From Andalucia godoyi And28 (lineage: Eukaryota > Protista > Jakobida), in NCBI GenBank assembly GCA_009859145.1, contig VRVR01000047.1, positions 181,093-245,092 on the forward strand: a stretch of DNA of 64,000 nucleotides, read 5' to 3'. Under the pieces are notes generated by a model. The model was not told the DNA's origin and searched no databases. It was given only the letters and a program-made list of their open reading frames with translations. Position 1 is the stretch's first letter. Every line of letters starts with the position of its first letter. Of this stretch, positions 55,900-64,000 are shown piece by piece. Position numbers and translations under genes: made by a program.

Positions 55900-56754
55900 A
55901 TGGATATGCAGCCTGCATTTTTTAAAGGATGGGCGAAGCCTGGTCCGGTTCGTCCGCAGGAGGTTCCTTGTGGCTTGATTGACGATTCGCGGGAGACGGT
56001 TGACTTTATCTCGGGATACTATCGCATTGTGCAGTTGAAAGACGGGCATCGATTTTCCACCGACGATGTACTGACTGCGTGGTATGGCACGTCTCATGTC
56101 CCGTCTGCACGTTCTGTATTAGACCTTGGATCTGGCATTGGGTCCGTGGGCATGATTGCGGCTTGGAGACTACAAGGAGCCCAGTTTGTGACGGTGGAAG
56201 CTCAGGACATTTCTGTAGCGTGCGCTCGCAAGTCGGCGGTCATCAATGGACTGGTTGGTCGGTACGATATTCGACAAGGCGATCTCCGCGATCCATGTGT
56301 TCTTGCAGACCATGAAAAGTTCGATCTTGTCTTGGGATCTCCGCCGTACTTTGCTGCAGATACAGGTGCTCTTGCAGAGCATCCGCAGAAACAGGCATGC
56401 CGATTTGAAATGCGGGGCACCGTTGCAGATTATTGTGCTACCGCTGCGAAACACTTGGAAAACGGGGGCTATTTTGCATGTTGTTTCCCGATACGTCCTC
56501 AGTTCCAGGAAGAAAAGGTAATTCTCGGTTCGCGGGCTGCAGGACTGACGATTGTGAGATGGAGACCGGTTGTGTTCAAAGAAGGCGAACCTGCGCTTCT
56601 TGGCTTGTACTGCATGGTCAGGTCAGTGGACATTCCTGAGGACCTTCGAGACCGAATTCTTTGGGAGGAGCCTGCGCTTGTCATCCGGACTGCCGACAAT
56701 CGAATACATCCGGAATACCAGTCTATCAAGATGTCTTTTGGTTTCCATCCCTAG
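55900..56754 (+). CDS. SAM-dependent N6-adenine methyltransferase, TrmN6/YfiC (tRNA1Val A37)-like, bacterial type
   Basis: 'GHRFSTDDVL', 'VLDLGSGIGSVG', 'FDLVLGSPPYF', 'ACRFEMRG', 'LENGGYF'. Confidence 0.85.
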   Translation: MDMQPAFFKGWAKPGPVRPQEVPCGLIDDSRETVDFISGYYRIVQLKDGHRFSTDDVLTAWYGTSHVPSARSVLDLGSGIGSVGMIAAWRLQGAQFVTVEAQDISVACARKSAVINGLVGRYDIRQGDLRDPCVLADHEKFDLVLGSPPYFAADTGALAEHPQKQACRFEMRGTVADYCATAAKHLENGGYFACCFPIRPQFQEEKVILGSRAAGLTIVRWRPVVFKEGEPALLGLYCMVRSVDIPEDLRDRILWEEPALVIRTADNRIHPEYQSIKMSFGFHP

Positions 56755-56978
56755 AACACCCCGCGCCGACGAAAAACGCACAAGTCGCAATCGAGCCCAT
56801 GTTGATCTTGTTCGGCGTGTCTCTCCCATCTTGAATTTCGCCATCTTTATTTTTACAAAATAAGCATTCCCACACCCACACTCACACCAACGCCGATACT
56901 GTTAATTTAAAATAATAAAAAATAAAGAAGACTGATCATCAACAAATCGAAATAGCTGCTTGAGATAGTCGTCGTGTC

Positions 56979-57677
56979 TCACTCTGCATTTGCAGCAAAA
57001 AACTTGGAATTCGACGTGCTGAATCCAATGCGCGTTGGGGACTTTTGTAGATACGTTGTGACATGCGGAGGTACTTGCAAGCGATTGTCGTGGGTCTTGA
57101 ACGGCTCTTCCGAGAACGAAGCAGTTTGGACAATAGGCGGCCGATTTCCACGAGTCTGGGCGTCCTTCTTCACAATGACAGGATCCATTGCGCCAACAGG
57201 CTCTGCTCGAGCATTGACTTCGTGCAAATCATGATACATCGTATTGTACGTCGTCGGCAGAAGTTCGGCAATCTTCAAGGGTGAGGTAGGGCGCACAGGG
57301 ATGGAGGTGGCAGAAAACTTGGAGTCCAGTTGGTGATTTGGTGCCTCATACGCCGGGAACTGCCTGTGTGTGGCAGAGATTGGGCACGTCGACACTACCT
57401 TGGCGGACGAACGCAGGGGGGAGCAATTGCGGGAAAATTGCGATAGATACTGGTTGCTCGCAACAGGAATCGGCTTTTCGTAAATGGGATTTCGAAGTTC
57501 TTGAGGCGTGTGTTTCGGCGAATGATATGCGGTGGTCGTTGTTTGCGAGAAGAACGGCGTTTCAAATGCAATTCGTTTGGCGGGAGAAGATGGGCGCGTT
57601 GGAGACGAATGCAGCACAGGCGACACGGGACTGCACACTCCAATACGCGTCGAGGTCTTGTAAAGCGACTGCGACAT
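56979..57677 (-). CDS. Ser/Pro/Thr-rich hypothetical protein (possible microtubule-inner-protein-like repeats)
   Basis: ATG at 57677; recurring SPTR/SPxK and TT(Y/T)xxxY segments. Confidence 0.55.
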   Translation of the reverse strand: MSQSLYKTSTRIGVCSPVSPVLHSSPTRPSSPAKRIAFETPFFSQTTTTAYHSPKHTPQELRNPIYEKPIPVASNQYLSQFSRNCSPLRSSAKVVSTCPISATHRQFPAYEAPNHQLDSKFSATSIPVRPTSPLKIAELLPTTYNTMYHDLHEVNARAEPVGAMDPVIVKKDAQTRGNRPPIVQTASFSEEPFKTHDNRLQVPPHVTTYLQKSPTRIGFSTSNSKFFAANAE

Positions 57678-58141
57678 GGCCAATAAACAAAACTACGAAG
57701 AAAGTCCAGAAGAGTGCTTCTCAAAAACAAGAACGAACGGATCACAAAAGGCACCAGCGATGCATGCCCACCCGGCCATCATCCAGTGTCCAAAGACATT
57801 CCGACTTTTGTCGGGTGCGCAATGCTCAAACGTCTGAAACTACAGATGTTTTTTCCTTTCTTTTTTGACCCGTACGGCAGTTGCGGATTCTTGGTTATTT
57901 TATTTTTTTAATTATTATGTTTTTCGGTTGGAAATCTCAGTTTTCTTCGACCACCGTGTACAGCTAGGTGCCAATTTTCTGAGTTGGTGCTGGATGATGC
58001 CTGCACTGTACAAGTGGTCTACATTTATCAGCGAGAATATGATGTGGCTAATGCAGAACAGAACAGGACAGAATAAAACTCCTCTGGCTGCATATGACTT
58101 TATTATCATTATTTTCTTTTGACGGACCGATTTTGCTAACA

Positions 58142-61100
58142 TCAGTGGCTCGGCTGCGGAACGAGAACTGCGATTGGAGGAAGATCCTCGGCGGGAAAAA
58201 CGTCAATCAAAGTCGTGCGACTGCTTAGAAGGCGAATTGGTTTCGAAGCGTCAGCACAGATATTTCCCCACAAACAAGACTTCGAAGCTGACAGAATCTC
58301 GCTGTTCAACTCGATAACTGTTTCTGCGAAGCACCGGCGACCAGTTGCTACAGAAAACGGTAAGCGCGGAACAAGAACAATGCATGCTCGGGGCGAACTT
58401 GCGTCAACACTTCCCGAGTCAAACGCCCTGTAGTATGCGACAAACTCTTGCTCGAGCTTCCCTGACAAAAACAGCGGATGATACTTACCACGAGAAAGTA
58501 AATCACTCGCTTGATTCCGCAGTGACAGCAACACGCGCGTCACATGGATCTTCCCGAGATTCTGGTCTGCATAAATACCGGAGAAGTCACGCTTCTTTTC
58601 AAGATCCTCACTACTTGCAAGACACCGTTCACGCAACGCATAATCCACCGGACGTCTGTTATCCGGATCAACAAGCGAGAAATCCATAATTTCGTTGCCC
58701 TGATATACGTCAGGAATGCCGGGGGACGTCATTTTCACGATCGTCTGCGACAATGATACCAAGAACCCCATTGGTGCAAGCGTTTTCCCGACAAACTCGG
58801 AGATCAGTTGCGTAATTTCAGGAATGCTGTAAATGGAGTCGATGCGCGAGTTCATGCGCTGTTCGAACTCGTCATTCACGTTAATCCAAGATGTGTGTAC
58901 TTTCGCTTCTCGAACGGCCTTCATCATATATCCCCGTAATCGGTCTCGAGAGAGCGGCCATGAGCCGCACACAGTCTGAAGCAACAGCCAATCTGTCGGG
59001 GCATCCAAGGACGTCGAAAACGATCGATACTGCTGCCACAGTTGTAAAAACAAGTCGGGGACGTCAGACAACGCATTTAAACGAGCACGCACATCTTCCG
59101 ATCGCTTCGTATCGTGTGTAGAGGAGGACAGCATAGAGTACGGGAAATTCGTTGACCTCTGCACCATACACGCATGGAATGCACTAACATGGACTCCAAA
59201 ATCAACAGGATCTGTGCCAACTTCGCACAGCGACAGAAGGGGATAGAACCTGTACATGAACGTATCCTCAATGCCTTTGGCCATCACAGGCCCAGTTGCT
59301 TGCTGCAGTCTCGCTATCCAAGCGCCACAAGCATCATCCTGCAGAGCGTTCTGGAAAATGGACCGCAGATTCGAAAAATCCAAGTTGGGATTCGCAGCGG
59401 CGGCTTGAGCAAGAGCGTGTTCAACATATGCGAAGTCGCCTTCTCTTGAGAATGGCCATGACTTCCTGTAGAAAACCCTGTACACAGGAAAATGGACAAG
59501 AAATGCTGCAATCATTTCAGCAGAAAGAGGAAATTGTGACGGTGCTTGTGATGACAAGAGACGCACTTCGGGAAGGAAAAACATTTGCACGACCACCCTT
59601 TTTGAATCCAGTCGCATCCTTTCGATGCTTTCGGAATCCGTTTTTGTTCCGGTTTGCGATTCATACAGCTCCAGCCACCGCGTCCGCCTTCCTTGAGAAA
59701 TGAACAAGCCATTCATAAATCTCAAGAAATCGTATCCTGTCGTGCCATGCAAGGAAAACACATTCAAGGGATCCAGATCTTCAAATGATTGCAGAATCTT
59801 CTCCACCAGTACATACAGCGGCCCCGGAGAAGCCCGCTGAAGACTGTTTAGGTACCCGTACGGATCTCGGAGACCGTCTGTATGGTCAAGACGAATCCCA
59901 GATATGACACCCTGTTTGCATAGATTGTTCAAAATCAAATCATGTGAAGCTTGGAATACTTTCGGGTCCTCCTGGCGAACTCCAATTAAAGAGGGAACGT
60001 CAAAGAATCGGCGGTAATTGATGTGCTCACAGCCTTCTTTCCATAAGCAGAGACGGTAGTTTTGCTCCATCACAATCCGCTGAACAAGTTCTACATCGAC
60101 AGAATTAAGACCTTTGGAAAGTGCGTCCCGCTCAAAACGACGAGCAATTTCCAAGCAAGAGTCGCGCTTCAATGGGAAACATAAATTTGCAGGAATGTAC
60201 ATAAGAAAATACGAACCTACATCTTCCTCAGAGTAGCACGTAGAATTTGCAATTTCCGAGAACAGACGGATGTCCAGTTCGCGAGCTGCAAAGCAGTCCT
60301 GCAAAGACTTTCCAAGCACGGGTGCCATCAGCTTGTCGCCCCTGTCCCAGTCAACGAATGTGTCAAAAAAGGCAAAATATTTTGAACGAGGACCTTCTCG
60401 AAACGCATCCCACCACCACAAATTGGAAGGGCCGCTTGAAAGAGCAGCTAGATGATTCGGAACAAAATCTGCAAGAATATCCATGGAACGAGAAACATCG
60501 TGAAGCTCTTGAAAAGAGGATGCTATTTCGGGATTTAGAGTAGAATAATCGCACCCATCGTATCCATGAGAACTTCCGCGGACGGCAGAGCACAGTGGAC
60601 TGAGGTACAGAGTGCGGATGCCAAGACGCTTCAGATATTCCATGGGAACATTTCTGAGAGGGAACTCTTGATGCAGCTGAAGACGATACGTAGCAGAAGG
60701 AATGCGAGGAGAATGTAAATGCCGTTCCAACAACACGGCACCCGCTGCAGGGAATCGGATCTCTCGCTCTCGGAGATTCACTTCAACGGAGGAAACAGGA
60801 ACAGAAAAATCATTAGAAGACCAGCGAACAGACCACAGTGCAGTTGTTGAGGCAATTGAGGGATGTTCAGACACGGAAGCAAAAGACGCCCATTCCGGGG
60901 AGCTGGCAAGCGAAGCCAAGAGCAGGAAGCAACGGGTATCCGCAGGATACATGCTGAGCGACTGATCACCAGGGACGTACAGTATGGCCAGCACCGAAGG
61001 AGAAACAGCCTTCACTACTGGCCGCCACTTTCTTCCGCGATTTCGGACAGAAGACGCAAACCCTTTTTCAAACTCCTTGATGTGAGGGAGGATGTCATTA

Positions 61101-62716
61101 TTGCGAATGTTGATGAGCGTTTTGTAGACGTCCAAGCACTTTTGATGGCTATCGGGATTTCCAGCCTTCTTGGACACTTCAGTCCACTGCAATTTGGAAT
61201 TGAGGAAGGTTGCTTCGTCTTGCGGATCCGGAACCTCGTGTTCGTCAAAATTCGGAAACTCCTTCCGACGGCCCTCTGAAACCAGCTTGCCAAATTCTGC
61301 ATCAAAATCCGTAAAGAAACAAAATGGAGACGATGATTTCCACTCCTGACCTTGGAAAATCATCGGGGTCTCCGGTCCGAGGAGTAAGAGAGCACTTGCT
61401 GCTATCCACGCATCGTCCTTGATCACATGATGCAACCGATCACCGGTCGGCCTATTCCCTATCTGATCATGATTTTGGATGCATGTGATGAACTGACCGA
61501 CAGGCACTGTCCCCGGATCGCCGCTCCCTCTGAGTTTCTTCTGATTCACCGACCACTGACCAGAGTACAGCCAGCCTTTCTGGATGCATGTGGAAAGCTC
61601 TTCCATGGAGCCGCTGAAATCCTTGTAGTACAGCTGCTGCTCACCGGTAAGTGCAACACGCACGGAATGGTGAAAATCGTCCGCCCATAGTCCGTCCAAC
61701 ACTGCGGGGTTTTCAGAATCAACGCTACCACGTTCTCGTGTCATGAGCCCAGCGGAATTTCGGTCATCCTCTCCAAACAGCAGGGTACCAGGAAATCGTT
61801 GATGCATGACGCTGCAAATTTCGTTGAGAATGTGAACCGCGCTGTCATCCGCAATGGCATGAGTAGCATCAAGACGATAGCCATCAAATCCAAACGTTTC
61901 AGAAAGATAAGGCAAGAGCTCAAACAGAAAATTCCGAGAAAGCGCAGACATTTCATCATTTCCATCGAGATTCCATGACGGCCCCCAAATGGTGTTGTGC
62001 TTCTCGGAAAAAAATTCCGGCGAGAATTTCCCCAAGATGTTACCTCTGATTCCCAAATGATTCAGAACAACATCACAAAGAACCCGGATACCCAGACGAT
62101 GAGCTTCATCAATCAGTGCTCGAAGCTCAGCCGGAGTTCCATAGCATCGCGATGGAGCATACAACATAACTCCATCATATCCCCAGTTCCATCGCCCGAC
62201 CCAGTCTGCCAACGGCATAATCTCAATGCAATCCACGCCAATGCTCTTCAAATACTGCAGCTTGGAAAGCACCCCAGCATACGTTCCCGTCGAAGAAAAC
62301 GTCCCGACGTGCAACTCATATATAACAGATGGCCACCATTCTCCTGGCGTGCGCTGTTGCTGGTCGCCGTTTCGAGTGTGAAAGCACACGTCGAATTCGG
62401 ACCATTCAAACACACCGTTCGGCAAGAAGCGCGACGCAGGATCCGTCCACTGCTCGTCTTCCTTGCCGTCGATTTTGAACTTATACCAGACGACATCCGA
62501 CGGCGAGACCTGCGGAACCGCAACTATCCAGAGTTGCGTCGTTTCATTTTCTAATTTCATGTTCACTGTGCAAACACGCAGCATACCGGCATTTTTTGCG
62601 TCTGGATTAACAACGTAAAGCAATTCTACAGACATGGATGCACGCGTACACCAGGTTCGGATGTACAATTGACGCTCCGATAGAACATAGCGAGGTCCGA
62701 GGGTCAACGAGCTCAT
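58142..62716 (-). CDS. treZ-treY: Fused malto-oligosyltrehalose trehalohydrolase (TreZ, N-terminal) and malto-oligosyltrehalose synthase (TreY, C-terminal)
   Basis: TreZ: IYELHVGTFS, NWGYDGV, DVVLNHLG, RLDATHAI, FGEDDRN, WADDFHH, QNHDQIGNR. TreY from about 60705: ATYRLQL, SSHGYD, DFVPNHL, NYRRFFDV, GIRLDHTDGL, VEKIL, GTTGYDF, GPVMAKGIEDT, STHDTKRSEDVRARL, PDVYQGNE, LVDPDNRRPVDY. One uninterrupted frame. Confidence 0.96.
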   Translation of the reverse strand: MSSLTLGPRYVLSERQLYIRTWCTRASMSVELLYVVNPDAKNAGMLRVCTVNMKLENETTQLWIVAVPQVSPSDVVWYKFKIDGKEDEQWTDPASRFLPNGVFEWSEFDVCFHTRNGDQQQRTPGEWWPSVIYELHVGTFSSTGTYAGVLSKLQYLKSIGVDCIEIMPLADWVGRWNWGYDGVMLYAPSRCYGTPAELRALIDEAHRLGIRVLCDVVLNHLGIRGNILGKFSPEFFSEKHNTIWGPSWNLDGNDEMSALSRNFLFELLPYLSETFGFDGYRLDATHAIADDSAVHILNEICSVMHQRFPGTLLFGEDDRNSAGLMTRERGSVDSENPAVLDGLWADDFHHSVRVALTGEQQLYYKDFSGSMEELSTCIQKGWLYSGQWSVNQKKLRGSGDPGTVPVGQFITCIQNHDQIGNRPTGDRLHHVIKDDAWIAASALLLLGPETPMIFQGQEWKSSSPFCFFTDFDAEFGKLVSEGRRKEFPNFDEHEVPDPQDEATFLNSKLQWTEVSKKAGNPDSHQKCLDVYKTLINIRNNDILPHIKEFEKGFASSVRNRGRKWRPVVKAVSPSVLAILYVPGDQSLSMYPADTRCFLLLASLASSPEWASFASVSEHPSIASTTALWSVRWSSNDFSVPVSSVEVNLREREIRFPAAGAVLLERHLHSPRIPSATYRLQLHQEFPLRNVPMEYLKRLGIRTLYLSPLCSAVRGSSHGYDGCDYSTLNPEIASSFQELHDVSRSMDILADFVPNHLAALSSGPSNLWWWDAFREGPRSKYFAFFDTFVDWDRGDKLMAPVLGKSLQDCFAARELDIRLFSEIANSTCYSEEDVGSYFLMYIPANLCFPLKRDSCLEIARRFERDALSKGLNSVDVELVQRIVMEQNYRLCLWKEGCEHINYRRFFDVPSLIGVRQEDPKVFQASHDLILNNLCKQGVISGIRLDHTDGLRDPYGYLNSLQRASPGPLYVLVEKILQSFEDLDPLNVFSLHGTTGYDFLRFMNGLFISQGRRTRWLELYESQTGTKTDSESIERMRLDSKRVVVQMFFLPEVRLLSSQAPSQFPLSAEMIAAFLVHFPVYRVFYRKSWPFSREGDFAYVEHALAQAAAANPNLDFSNLRSIFQNALQDDACGAWIARLQQATGPVMAKGIEDTFMYRFYPLLSLCEVGTDPVDFGVHVSAFHACMVQRSTNFPYSMLSSSTHDTKRSEDVRARLNALSDVPDLFLQLWQQYRSFSTSLDAPTDWLLLQTVCGSWPLSRDRLRGYMMKAVREAKVHTSWINVNDEFEQRMNSRIDSIYSIPEITQLISEFVGKTLAPMGFLVSLSQTIVKMTSPGIPDVYQGNEIMDFSLVDPDNRRPVDYALRERCLASSEDLEKKRDFSGIYADQNLGKIHVTRVLLSLRNQASDLLSRGKYHPLFLSGKLEQEFVAYYRAFDSGSVDASSPRACIVLVPRLPFSVATGRRCFAETVIELNSEILSASKSCLWGNICADASKPIRLLSSRTTLIDVFPAEDLPPIAVLVPQPSH

Positions 62717-63308
62717 TCCTGTAGTAAACGTTACCTGCACGAAGCACACACAGCTAAACAAAAATTATTAATATTAATAACAATGATGTTATTATTGTTA
62801 TTATTATGTGCTATTGTTGTAAGTTACGGTTTACGTCTTGTAAAGGAATTCTCGTGATTGAGAATCCCTTTCCCCTCGCTCCTTATCAACGATTGCAAAA
62901 CCTTTTTTCTTTTGTGCAAGTTCAACCGAACAGTCGAAGAATCGAACGAGAATTTTCACGAAACTTGAAGGCGGAAATTACTGGACCATCAAAAAAGCCA
63001 TTTTGGGAAAACAAGACGCCGGCATCTACAGTTGACGCAGGCTGGGTCGATTGGTAGGGGGAAATGGTAACGATTAAAACATGATGTGCGAACTGCGATG
63101 TGCAGCCACGAAAGCCTGGATCCGGAGGAAAAACTTCGGTTGCTGCTGGGGCAATTCCAAGGCTTGTAAGAACAGGGCGGTCCCACACACCCTGGAATGT
63201 GCAGCGGAAAAAAAAGAAGAAACGGTGATTACTGATTCATTGCAATTAAAAACAAAGGAAAACGGCTGCTTTGCGAAACGAGATGAGCACACAGCATCTG
63301 TCAGAATG

Positions 63309-63560
63309 CTATAAGGAGGACCTGGAATGGTGTAAAAGAATCATCTCAGTGGACTTTATCCTGACGGACTCTCGTACGTTAGGCAGCAAAACACCTCTAC
63401 GACGAAAGGATTGCGCAACATCGTAGCCCGTTGTACTTTCAGAAAAAGTGCTGAGGCTGTGCATGCATTTTGTAATCGTCCTTCTCCAAACCATAACTGT
63501 CGTTCGTCCTGCACATTTCAAAAAATGAGACAACGGACTCCGCGCGACCAGCTCAGACAT
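63309..63560 (-). CDS. Possible short ORF or first exon (may continue to 62922-63188)
   Basis: ATG start with a basic/hydroxylated N-terminus; no convincing splice junction found. Confidence 0.2.
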   Translation of the reverse strand: MSELVARSPLSHFLKCAGRTTVMVWRRTITKCMHSLSTFSESTTGYDVAQSFRRRGVLLPNVRESVRIKSTEMILLHHSRSSL

Positions 63561-64000
63561 TGCAGGCCTTTTGTTGTCAATTGATAGAAAACGACGTCAT
63601 TCCATGCGAGCAGTTTGGCAACCGAAGCGGTGTTGTTGCTCGTTCGGGTCCTCCCCTTTCAGTCACACAGACACTCTGCCAAAGCCCCGGTCTGTTCAGT
63701 GACGAGACACAGAATCTCTTTTTGCTGTTGGACTTCTCCTGCCAAGTGCAATTCGTCCTTACAAAACATTCATTCATCCATCACCATCATCATACGCATC
63801 GTCGAGTGCAGTTGGCATTGAATTTATCTTTTCGTCTTTTGTATCATTGTTGCGTTAAATGACCCGAATCAATCTCGTTCTTTGACCGTTCGATCTCTTT
63901 CTCCATGCCAAAAATGACTTATTCGCCGCTTGCGCGGTTCTTTCTATTACTGTGTTTGTTTTCCACTTATCAACAATGTCTGTCTGTTTGTGCACCTGGG

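Noticed and set aside
58481-58490. ATACTTACC resembling the 5' end of U1 snRNA
   Set aside because: Antisense to TreY coding sequence; no downstream U1 stems or Sm site
58142-62716. Bacterial contaminant contig explanation for treZ-treY
   Set aside because: No operon structure or Shine-Dalgarno context; flanked by host-style AT-rich spacers and eukaryotic spliced genes. Not fully excluded without read data

Overview
A compact, intron-poor nuclear genome segment from a eukaryote, most likely a protist. The taxon cannot be fixed from sequence alone. It uses the standard genetic code, has short AT-rich intergenic spacers with microsatellites, and contains about 27 protein-coding genes. Two genes need GT-AG introns to make sense: a codanin-1-like gene and an ENT transporter. 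Recognisable housekeeping genes: DHX37/Dhr1, an F-box/LRR protein, codanin-1-like, PrimPol, an EXPERA/EBP protein, Mis12, an MFS transporter (frameshifted), a stand-alone PARP-type Zn finger, DUF1264/OBAP and an ENT nucleoside transporter. Most unusual items: (1) a small heat-shock protein (alpha-crystallin domain) in which about one third of residues are Met or Cys; (2) a single ORF fusing two prokaryotic enzymes, TreZ and TreY, i.e. a complete glycogen-to-trehalose pathway in one eukaryotic polypeptide; (3) two further bacterial-type genes nearby (DUF2608 HAD-like, TrmN6-like methyltransferase); (4) three gustatory-receptor-like (7TM ion channel) genes in the first 9 kb; (5) a 2,215-aa secreted Cys-rich repeat protein with aberrant GC/codon usage and an abrupt end; (6) a Vsr/DUF559-type nuclease domain inside a coiled-coil protein. 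No rRNA, tRNA, CRISPR array or transposon could be supported. All family assignments come from motif recognition by eye, not database searches.
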